Shown here piece by piece: positions 12,007 to 23,800 of a DNA stretch of 64,000 nt. The DNA is from Sphagnum compactum. Taxonomy: Eukaryota. The stretch covers positions 2,232,001 to 2,296,000 of the forward strand of contig OZ234493.1 of NCBI GenBank assembly GCA_965153455.1, read 5' to 3'. The position numbers and the translations under genes were made by a program. Each line of letters begins with the position of its first letter. Position 1 is the first letter of the stretch. The notes beneath the pieces were generated by a model that did not search any database, was not told the origin of the DNA, and saw nothing but the letters and a program-made list of their open reading frames with translations.

Positions 12007-15000
12007 ATGAAGCAGAAGGAGATCGCATTGACAGGAGCAGCAGCTGCCGCCATCGCCATTGCTACCAAATTGCTTCTCTCTTCTCTCAAAAGCTCATCAT
12101 CATATCGTGGTAAGCTCCCCCCCCCCACCTTTCTCTCTCTGTCTCTCTGATTCTCCTCTGGGTGTGAGATTCTCTCTTTCTCTCTCTGTGTGATTCTGTC
12201 TCTTTTTGTGTTTTATGGTGTGTGTGATTGATTCTCTTAGCAATGAACAAGATCTGACAAGATGTAGTAGTTGAGTGTGTTGTGAACATTTGGTGAGATC
12301 TTCTGCTGACGAGGGTTAGGGTTTGTGGGTGGGGTTCTTTTTTTTTCTTTTTTCGTCCCCCTTGTGCGTGTGTGTGGATTTTTGGGGTTTTGGTGGGTTT
12401 AAACCATTGAGTTGAATGGGGTTGGGCAGATGGTGGGAGGGAAGAAGGTATTCACATTCGAGTGAAGCAATCGGCATCAGAGATTTTGAAGCAAGCAGAC
12501 CACATGATTGCTTTGTCACAGAGTGTTCATGATGCAGTTGCTGCTGTCCCACTTGATGAAGTATCTCTCTGTCTCTCTCATCTTTCATCTTTCCAAGAAC
12601 ATTTTAGGGCTTTTCTTTGGGGTTTTTTCTACAGAAACCACAGGGGCTGAGAAAATTCAGGTTTGTGTGCATAAATAATAAATAACAGGTGAGTTATGAA
12701 ATGGTGATAGCTCCATTGGCCAATTTGGAGGCGGAGGAGTTTGCAGTGGTGCAAGGATGTGTGTTTCCAAGCTTGGTTGCAGTATCCAAGGATGTGCGAA
12801 ATGCAAGCACTGAAGCTGAGAAGAAGATTGATGCATACAATGTTAAATGCAGGTTTGTATTTTACAGAATCCATATTCCTTTCCTTCATGGGTGCAGCTT
12901 CAAACCCACCAAAAAAATAATCCTTAGACAAATCTAAGATCTGAATGCCAAAGTTTTCCAGCTGCTTCAACAGTTGTTGATTCTGTTGGAATCTGTCTAC
13001 CAAACCCACAGCATCTCAAACCCCACATTTTTTGGATTCCTCCTCCTCCTCCTCATCATCAAAATGTGTGTTGCCATTCAGATCCAAGACAATTCCTCAG
13101 CTATGATTTCTCAGCTTTCTCTTAGTTTCAGATTGTTCCACCTGATCAAACAGAGGTTTTTGTGTTGTGGGTTTTGCTGCAGTATGCGGGAAGATGTGTA
13201 TCTTGTTGTGAAGGCATATGCTGCCAAGAAGGAGACTTTAAGTCCCCAAGCTCAGCGCTTTGTTGATCGCTTGGTAACCCTTCTCCTTCTTCTTCTTCTA
13301 TCATAATTTTTCTCTTCTTCATTTTGCCACCTTCGTTTGCAAGGGGGAGGTTGTGTGTGTGTGTGTGTGTGCATGCGTGTTTTTCCCCCTAATATTATTT
13401 ATAAATGATTTCAAAGGCTGCAGTCTTTTATGGATAATTTAAGTGTGTTTTGTTTCTTTTGGTGGATCTTATTATCTCAAATTTATGGTGTTGCAGATAA
13501 GAGACTATGAAAGGCTAGGGTTGAATCTGAATGCCGATACCAGACGAAAAGTGGAATTTTTAAAGACAACAATAGGTGAGCTGTGCATTGAATTTCAACA
13601 GAATATGAACGAGGAGAACCGCCGCCTTTACTTCACTGAAGAAGAATTGGCAGGTCTGCCAAAAGACTTTATTCAGGTTTGCTGAGAAAAAATAAAGGGT
13701 TTGGTTCCTTATGACTGCATTCCTTCATTGTTGTGTTGTTTTTCTTCAAATTGTTTTGCTGTATTTGGAGATTTTTCTGCAAATTATTTCACTGACATGT
13801 CTGTTGGTTTGAGTCTCACTGATGTAAAATCTGATTATGCTTTTTTTCTGACATTGAAACTGCACATCCAGGATCTTAAAACTGGCAAGGACAACAAGCT
13901 AGAAGTTACACTCAAGTATCCTCACTATTTCCCAATCATGGAGCGATGCAAGGTACGCCACCTCCATATAAGCGTGAGCCTGTTGTTGCATAGCTCTCTG
14001 CTTCTTTTGGTTTTTTTGGCTTTGTTTGTTTGCCATTGTTTGTGCCGGGGCTCTAGAATCCGTGGGAAAGAGGAGGAAAGCCATGTAAAGGATTTTTGTT
14101 GTGGGAAAAGCCAAACAGCTGATGAAGAAAAGAGTGTGATCACAAAAACATGAGCGATCTCAACCAACTCTGTTGGGGCATAATGTTCAGAGATGAAAGA
14201 CGAGAAAAAAGTTGCTTCTTTGTCAAAAGAAAGAAGGTTCTTTGTTGGGTCCTTCTCGTAGCAGTCGTGCATACACGTCTGTAATGCTGAAACTGCAACA
14301 ATACCTCTGTTCTCTCCCAAGGAGAAATTTTTCCCCAAAACTCCATTTTTTGGGCAGAAACATTCCTGAAGTTGTTGTTCTTTTGGGTGCGCACAGGTGG
14401 GCGCTACCAGACAAGCTGTGGCTGTTGCATATGATCAGCGCTGCATGAATGAGAATGTGTCTATTCTTGAGAAAGTGGTAAGAGTGTGTGTGTGTGCTAT
14501 TGTAATTTGTAGTAGTTTCCCACAATTTATATACCTTTATGTGTGCATAGGTAGTAGTTTTCCCATGACTCAAAAATGGTGAGCAAAATTGGGTTTGCTG
14601 AAGAGAAAAAAGACACTTAACTTTTCAAAGTTTCTTTTTTGGAATCGAACCAGGGACTATTTGCTATTGGAGCAGATGGTGAGTATTTGATTCTGTTGGG
14701 GGGCTGGGGGGGGATGGGAGTGTAGGTGGCACTGCGACATGCTATGGCACAATTACTAGGCTATCGGAACCATGCTGAGTACATGATTGCTATTCGTATG
14801 GCCAAATCTCCTTCAAAGGTTTGATACCACCCCCTCATATAAACTCACATCTCTCCAAAATGGAACTATCTTCTTGGTACTGGCCAGCCAAATATTACTA
14901 ACCCTAAAAACCCTAAATCCTAAACCAAAGCCAAACCCCAAGCCCTAAACCCTAAACCTGGGCTTGGGTTAGAGTTTGTGGGGTTCATGTATAATGGTTT

Positions 15001-18000
15001 TCGGGCATATTTTTCTTCTTACAGGTCATGTGGATCTTTGCAGGTCAAAGAATTCCTGGAAAGTATCTCAAAGCGAATCTCAGTTCTGGCTGCAAAGGAG
15101 CTGACAAAGCTACGAGCAATGAAGGTTAAAAAATATGAGAGTAATAAAACCTTGGCTTGTTATAGTGCAATGAAATTGGGGATTATTGGGTTTTGGGTAA
15201 TGATTTAAACTGTGGAATTTTTTTTGATTGCCAATTCAGAAAGCTGAGGAAGGCAATGACTTGTTTGGCATGGCGGATTTACGGTATTACATCCGTAAGG
15301 CAGAAGAAGAAGAGTTTAAAGTCGACTATGAGACAGTCAAACAATACTTTCCTATGGCTGTTGTTACCTCAGGCCTTCTTCAAATCTACCAAGATCTGCT
15401 AGGTGTGGCTGCATACCTTGACAACAAAACACCACTTTCCCTCTTTCTGCACATGTTAGTTTCTTCCTGAGTTAGTTTGACAGTGAGGTGAGATTAGCAC
15501 TGGGAATCATTCATGCTCCCACCACAAGACAATTCATCTCCTCATTTCTGAGGTTGCCGGTATGTGACCCACTATATTGATTAGTTACCACACAGCTGAC
15601 AGATTTACATACTAGAAGATCAGAAGTGGGAAGAGAGAAGTTTTGTGCGGGGAGAAAATGGTGCTCTCTTTCTTGTGCTGTTGCTAAGACATCCTCCGGG
15701 GGAGGGGGTTGCTATTGTGGCAGGTTTGAAGTTCAAAGAGGTGCCTAACCCACAGGTGTGGCACCCAGAGGTGCAACTGTATTCGGTGTCAGATTCAGAG
15801 ACAGGAGAACGCATGGGTTATTTCTATCTTGATCTGTATCCTCGGTAAACCCTAGATCCTGATTGTGTTACAACCCGTTTTTTACCCCATGATGGTTCAC
15901 TTCATTGGAATTGTAAGGCGGTGTACCTCATGTGCATCACCCACCCACCTACCTCCTGGAAAATTTGTTCCTCCACCTGTGGATGGCAATGCTGATGATG
16001 CATTGAAGAAGATAGAGATGTCCCATTCTCTTGTTGCTCCTCAATTAGATCTGTGTTCTGTTACAATTGAGTAACTGGGTTTGTTATTTTGCTGGGATTT
16101 TGTTGTTTGGCAAACAGAGATGGGAAGTACACCCACGCATGCGTCTGTTCACTGCAACCTGGTTGTGTGCAAAAGGATGGCCATCGTCAGGTAAAGTATA
16201 GACTCCCAGTTTTCTTTCTTGATGAACCTTTTGTTGTCAGTCTGTTTGGCCCTTGTCAGTTAAGTATAGACTCCAGTTTTGTTGCTTGATGAACCTCCCC
16301 TTTGTAGTAGGGAGGTCAGTAGTACACTTGGTCCACAACTTTTGTGTGTGTTGTACTAGTAGGAGGTTGGTGTCCTTGGGTTCCATGACTTTGTGTGTGT
16401 GTGACGGAGGGGACAACAAAAGGGACAGAGACCACATTTTGTAAAGAGTTGAGAAAAAGATGGGGGAGAATTTGTAATGATGACTTCCAAGAGTTTTTTT
16501 CTCAACAAAACTGTCTCTCTTTTTTTTTTTTCCCTTTTTGGGGTCCTGAAAGTTTTCTCATCTGTCTGTGTGTTTTGGTGTCACAGTTGCCAGTGGCTGC
16601 CATGCTAGCAAACTTCTCAAAACCTACAAAGGAAAAGCCATCATTGTTGGGTCACACTGAGGTGGAGACATACTTCCACGAGTTTGGACATGTTGTAGGG
16701 CTACTGAAAACCAACCCCTCCCCCCCAAGTTTTGATCTTTGATTGGTTTGTCAGACAGAGAGAGTATAATTATGTGTGGTTGTTTGTAAACATACATCTT
16801 TTATGCTGTGGTCAGCAGTTTTGACTGCTGCTGCTGGAAATGGTTCTGGTTCAATTTTTTTAGAGTGCAACTTTTAGTGAATTGTATTGGAGTAAGAAAA
16901 TGGTTTCTTCAAATGGGTGCTAACTTGTTAGGATACATCTGCTGAATTTTGGATCCAGCCAGCCACCTTACCTACCTACCTACCCACCTGCTAAGTCTCC
17001 TCCTTCACAGATTTTACAAACATAGCATTTTATTGGGTCCTCAGTTGTTGACCTGCAGATGCATCATATCTGCAGTCGCGCTTCATTTGCCAAGTTCTCA
17101 GGCTTACGTGTTGAAGACGACTTTGTGGAAGCACCCAGCCAGATGCTAGAGAACTGGTGTGTGCCTGCATGCCTGCATGCATGTGTTCATGTGTTTCCCC
17201 ATTTTTCTCATGGCAGCAGTTTCAGCAATTAACTTTTTTCCATACCCATGATTTGGATACAGATTCCTTTCTTTTGTGTATTTTCTGCATATCATACAAG
17301 TTGGCTGAAGGAGAATGACAGTTACCAATTGATGTGCAAGTGTATGCTCCAACATGTAGGTGTCTGGAGAGTGATTCATTGAAGCTAATGAGTGGCTTTT
17401 ACAAGGCAAGTTGTCCTTGCTCTATTTGTTTGTTCATCATAGCCAGCCAGCCAGCCTGCCAGCCAGCAGCTTCAGTAAAAGTCTGAGTTTAGGCTGTGGT
17501 AAGTAAGTACATGGTCTTCTGTCAGGTGGGTTGTTAACAGAAAGGGAAGAAGATTTAATGCAGGACACAAAGCAATCTCTACCAGATGACCTATGTCAAG
17601 CTTTAATGCAAAAGAGACGAGCTTTTGCAGGTCTCCTTACAAAACGACAGATTCTCTTTGGTACGCACCCCTGATAACTTTGCCACTATTCTGGCACTAT
17701 GATTGCATCCCTCAAAAAGACAGTGCCAATGCATAGCCCATTTTCGGCAGACTGTATATATATAGATAGATATACATTTGTGGTATAAAGTGCAGGTTAC
17801 TTATTTCCTGGTGTATCAAGAACACTCTTTCCTTTTTATTTAGACCTGACTTTGATGGGTACTGAAGTCTTTGTGGTGCAGCAGGACTGGTCATGAAGAG
17901 GTTAATCATTAGAAGTGTCGGGTTGGTTTTGAGAGAGGCAAATTCAAGTGAGTGTTTTTGTGTGCAGGACTTTTTGACCAGTCCATCCACATGCGGGACA

Positions 18001-19019
18001 AAGCAGAAACGGGTGCCATTCTGAAAGAGTTGGTTCCAAAGGTGAATCATTTTAAGTTACTTCTCCACTGTTATTACTTGAAAACACAGCAAAGCAGGAA
18101 AACGATTGATAGATTGGGTCTTGCTAGACAATTTGTTTTTTTCTTTTTCTTTTTTTTCCTTTTTTCTCCAGGTGTGCATTGACATGGTGAGCTTGGGAAG
18201 CAGCAGCATCACAAAACTTGAGTGGGTTGAGGAGGTTCATGGGATTGGCAGGTTATGGAGGGGATTCCAATGTTGGAAGGCACAAACTTCAGTGCATCAT
18301 TTGGCCACATGACAGGTGGTTATGATGCTGGTTACTATGGCTACCTGTGGAGTGAGGTGAGTCCTGGTCTTCTAAACCCTAAACCCTAAACCCTAAACCC
18401 TTCCATTTGACACGTAGATGAGCAGCAACAAACATGGTTTGGATTCATGCGCAGCTTTTTCTGCAGTTCATACATACTAGGGATTTTGAGCAACTTCTGT
18501 AAGGCTGTTGGTTTTTGGAAAGCAGACACATTGTTGATTATGAATGTGGAGCAGGTTTTCTCAGCTGACATGTTTGAAGCCAAGTTCAAAGGGAATGTTT
18601 TGAGCAAATCAGCAGGCAGGGAATACCGTGAAAAGGTAAAATGTGTTTTTGGCAAGAAAATTGATGTCTGTATCAATATTGGGTTTAGAAGGGATGGGCT
18701 CCTCTTGATCAGGGTGCATGTATACTGGTGAATGAGCTTTTGGTCTCAAATTTTGTGTCACTGCACAGTGTACAGAAGAAGGTGGGATCGGCAGCAGCAG
18801 CAGCTGTCTGGATGGAATACCCACTCAATGATTGTTATTGTATTATGGGTACAATAAAAGTTGAATGCAATATTTGACACAGGTGGTGGGCTCTTGTTGC
18901 TTTCTTACTCTTAGGTGCTGGCACCAGGGGCTTGCAAAGATGCTCCTGTGATTCTGCGTGATTTTCTGGGACGGGAGCCAACAGAGGAAGCCTTTCTGAG
19001 GAGTAAGGGTCTTCTATGA
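12007..19019 (+). CDS. Peptidase family M3 thimet oligopeptidase/neurolysin-like zinc metallopeptidase; about 20 exons
   Basis: Exon 1 is [27 protein letters not shown]. Later exons give [65 protein letters not shown], the zinc motif [10 protein letters not shown] (HEXXH, ~16677-16691), [32 protein letters not shown] and [18 protein letters not shown] (TGA ends 19019). It resembles the plant At1g67690-type M3 peptidase (recalled, not searched). Confidence 0.93.
17406..17563 (+). other. Non-canonical GC-AG intron in the oligopeptidase gene
   Basis: The exon ends ..AGT GGC TTT TAC AAG|GCAAGT and the next exon starts TGCAG|GAC ACA AAG. The phase-0 join gives [16 protein letters not shown]. The nearest GT (17410) is out of phase. 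Confidence 0.8.
18374..18401 (+). repeat. Interstitial plant telomeric repeat (CCCTAAA)~4 in an intron; one of many in this window
   Basis: taaaccctaaaccctaaaccctaaaccc. Other tracts lie at ~4431-4447, 5713-5742, 9012-9032, 10405-10417, 14899-14959 and 20177-20190. Confidence 0.9.
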
Positions 19020-20802
19020 TCACAGAATTGAGTTTTCAACCTTTTTCTTTGGTGGTGTCTGGAAGTCGGTTTGTTGGCTGCACTTCACACCCACAACTGT
19101 TTTCTTTTGCCAGTTTAATGGGGCTGTTTTCTATCTGCATGTAGATAATGTAGGACAACTGCTACTTGGATCGTTTGTTCAATTTTCTCTTCAAGTACAA
19201 TGCAATAAATTCCTCCAGTGTAAAACTGCTGGTGAATAGTTTTCCCACCAAGAAAAAAGCAAGCAATTCCAATTCTGTCCAACTTTGGCAATGGGTAAAG
19301 AATCAACCCTGTAGTGACTGCTAAAACTAATGGTCATGCCAAGATGAGCAGTTTGACCTTGCACATGAAGAATGTTGTCACAGTATATGGGATTCAGTCA
19401 CCATTTTCCATACGTACTGATGGTTGACCTGGTTATACGTTTGCACCAATTCTGGTCGTCCTGCTGCAAACCGCAAGATCAGTTTCAGTGTTTGCACTTC
19501 ATTTCAGGAGCTGCCGCACCCCTTAACATAGACACTTGCTTGCACACTTTCAAGCATTCTTTCCTCTACAACAGCTGCGCAATCAGCTTGCAGATGCCCA
19601 CCCCAGGTATGCTAATAATGGAAATCATTGGTCTTTGTTGTGGTAAGAGTGTGAGATGGGTGAAGGGATGCAGGATAACAAATTTTCAGGGATCTTCTTA
19701 AGAGGAAGGAAATGTCTGCTGGGTGGTTATTGTGCAAGGAGCTGCAGCATCATCAAACACCACAGGTGATCATAACAAATATGTCTGAACTTCTTTTCTA
19801 CTCAGCGTTGAAGAGGAACATGGATACACAATCTTGTACAGAACGGAGACACATACTTCTCTCTAGACACAATCTTGTGCAAGAGACAAAATACACATGA
19901 TTTTGTGAAGAGGGAATACATACATGCTCTTATTGAAGAAAATACTACACATGATTTTGTGCAAAAAGAATTTAAAAGAACTCAGAGTAAGGTTTAGAAA
20001 CATCAGAACCAGATTTGTAATGTGTACGATGTTTTGTTCACTTTCTGCAAATTCATATTAACACAGCTTGATAATAACTTTACTAAATCCAGAAAAAAAC
20101 TTAATGAAACAATTGAGAAAATCTCAATTGGTTTCACATGAATAGCTCCGATTCCTTTCATCAATTTAGGCAACCACCCTAAACCCTAAACTTCACATTC
20201 TTATTGCCAGTCTTCCTCTCTCGAAGCACATTATTGTACAGGCATCAACTTTCCATAAACAATGAAGAATTGTTACAAACTAGACAGAATAATAATGACA
20301 ATACGGATGGGAGGGTGTATTTTCTGTATTATTAATGTAGGCAAATTCTGTACATTGTGAAAAAGGGGATGACAGTCCTCAAACTTTGCAATGAAAACTT
20401 TGCACTCCATCCTGCACATTCAATTGCTTCAAGAAACATACTAGAATCTTTACCTTCCAACATATTCATGATGTAGCGTATTGAAGAACCTACACAAGGA
20501 AATAACTACACTTTTTGTTGTTACACACCTTAAAACAACCATCATTTGATACTAAACAGATTGAATCTGTGTCCTGTCTGTTTCCAGCATACACAACCAT
20601 CTTCAATTGTTATAATATTTAGAAAGAAGTAAAACGCCATGAAAACAATATCTAATTTCTCCTTCTCTTCCTTGGAACCAGAATGACTAACCCCCCTTTG
20701 ACTGGCATTTCGAAGGTCAGACAATAAGATTAGTCCAAGATTCCCCACAACAACAAAAACATGCAATTTTTCACCTCAGTTACACCACTTTTTCCATCAA
20801 CC

Positions 20803-23800
20803 TCAACAATAGAACATAACCTTCTTCACATTTTCCTTCAATGCCGGAAGTGGTCGCACAGATCCACCCACTGCAACTCGGTTGGTGCGAGTGGACATGC
20901 TAGTGCCTGCACTTCTGCCAGCAGGACCCAGTCCACTGGTCAATGATCCACTGTCTGATGCCTCTGGCTCCATGTAGAACCTTGCTCGGAAGGCTGCCAG
21001 ATGCGCATAGTAGGCAGGTGGAACTGCACAAACATCAGAGTAAGTAAACAAACTGTCTTCACTTTTAGCTAAAAAAGCACACAAAAAAGAGTTGCACAGT
21101 GTAGGTTCTCACCTATAGAGACTGATCGAGTGCACCGTGCATACCTTCAAAAACCAAGACAGTATATTAGAGCCAACCAATTGTCTACATTGTAATCTGA
21201 CAACCTGCAGCTCTATCACTATGGTAGAACTTGACCTCGCTCTACAACCTGGTCCCATGCCATGAAGAAAGAGTCACCAAATGTGCCCAATAAGTTTTGT
21301 ACAGAACAGAAAAACATACGTGTAGCAGAGGTTGTTTGTCAAGGACTGCAAACTATCTGCTGAGAACTTATTCTCATCCCACAGCACATGATAGTGTGCA
21401 GGTCTGCTGGTCCCCTGCTCACAAAACCAACTCCAAATCATTACTTCAACCTCATCAGACAACTAGATAGCCCACTCCTGTAGCTGTAACAGTCACCAAG
21501 TCCCATTGCTGTTCTGTCCTGAAACTGTTCAGGTCTGTACAGCCCAAACCATCTGCAAGGTCGGAAGCAAGAACCATAGAAGAGAACAGATAACAATACA
21601 ATTATAAACATCAAGAACTCAGAATTGGAGAACACTGCAACTTGAGAGATGAACTTAAACTAAGGTCAATGAGGTTTCCAGAACAAACAGGTAGACAATA
21701 ACATCAAGTCGTATGAAGAGAAAGAGAAACAACTACCAAAAGCAAGAGAACAGAACAGAATTATTGTGTGAAAAAATGAGTATGTCTTCAGAGAGGGGTG
21801 AAGGCGCAACCTGAATCCCTGCATGGCTGCAAAGATAGAAATCAAACTCTGTAGGGTGGCAGATTTTTGAGTCCACAACTGTGCCTGAAACAATAAAAAA
21901 GACAGAATATGAGGACTGGCCATACCAAACTCCATTGGTGGCATAACTCATATGTCTCCAGGTTCAATTATCAGAAAGCTGGACCTATCTTTCAGAACTT
22001 CTCCAAATGTGTGAGTGTTTCAGCAGAGTTGAGGCCACATATGATACATCTACCAACATAAGTTATGACAGAACAGATTGGATGGGTTCCAATATTGCAA
22101 GCTATCACACCCTGCCTACTACAGAAACACAATATTGCTAGAGTTGCAAAGCAGAACATCAAGCAGCACATCAAAAGGGACTAACCTGGGAGTATGTTCC
22201 CACTACGATCAACAGTGCGGTTATCATTGTGATTGCTGGCAAAGAGGCGTGTGTGGTGACGTTTCTGTACAACCACAAATGTGACAGGTGGCTGGTAGTC
22301 TGGCTCTAGTGATGCACATGCCTTTCGGATGGCATCAAGCTCATACAGGAGGACCTGATAGAACTGCCCCTCACTCACACCATCCCTGTAACCATGGAAA
22401 CTGACAGTGTTCAACACAGCATTTGACTGGCAAAAGAAGAGTGACTATTTTAAATAGGAAGTAAACTGTACCTACAACTGATAATCAGCACTTCTTTGTT
22501 GTATATATAATTATTATAAGAAACAAGGTTCAGCAGTTTCAAATTTAATTTTTAAGAATTTCAACAGTTAAGTATGTGAAGTACACCTTGTGTTGTGTAT
22601 TTGTAATCCTAACCAACAGTTAGGACAATAAACACTTCTTCACAAGTTGGGAGTTTAATTCTCAATAATTTCAACAAATTTCAATACAAATTAGTTTTTT
22701 TTCCGCTAGACTTTTTGAGGATTCTTTTGTGTTGAACATCAATCGTAGGTACAGCATCTACAAGCATTCCAGCTCCAAATACAGCAGAGAATTCAGATTG
22801 TTCCTGCTTGAGCTTCTTAGACACAACCCTAAAGATTGGAATTATAATACACATAAACCCATAGACCACACACTACTATACAACTACAATCACTACAAAA
22901 CTGAAGTTAAGCACACTACAAGTACCAAGAAATTAAGAGAACCAAGGTCCAATCAGACAATGCAGACCTGTAAAAGATGATGCGCAGAGGCTTTTGACCT
23001 GTTGCTTTCCGGAAAGATATTAAGAGTTCCCTATCATGACCAGAGATAGATCATGACCACAGTTATAGACTGCGGCAAGACGATTTCTCATGAGAAGAAA
23101 ATTATGGACCAGTCTGCAACTCATCATCAGGTTACTTAAAGCGAAAAGAAGATCCAAAGTAGGAGGTGTACTTGATCATGCCTCCAGTGCAATGGCCTCT
23201 CTGGGGATCCACCCAAGATTTGTACAGGTCTTGAATCAATTCCTGCCGGTGTGCTTGAGCACATACTAGGCCTGCATACTTAGTGACTTCCGGCCAGTCC
23301 TGGGAAGCTACAACCTAATCCCACCCAACAGTACAAGATATCAACCACTGTGCTGTACAGTGCTCAAAGACCCTGTGAGCTATAGACCCTCAAAGCTTTG
23401 TCCAAGTGATGGAATGCTCTGACCTGTGAGGGAACACAAGAAGCCAAAAGCCATCAGATGGAAAATATCTGGCTAAGAGAAACTCACTGCAGCAATGGAA
23501 GGGCTTGAATCCTCTCCAGGATGTGGATGTGTGACATCTGCACCAAATATGATGGTGGGAATGTCACTTACTAATGGAATCCTTCGTGTGAGTGCATCAA
23601 CCAAGACGGTGTTCCGACCCCCAACCTTTCCACCCAGCAAGCCAGCAACATATACAGTCATGAATTCAGCACTCTAAAAGCACATCTCTTGAAACCAGAT
23701 ATCTTGTGTAGAATGTGGCTGCCACTTTCAGGCAGACTGACCCTCCCACTTGTAATTTCTCCTCTCCAAAAGCACTAAAGCAATAAAAAGAGTGGTCTTG

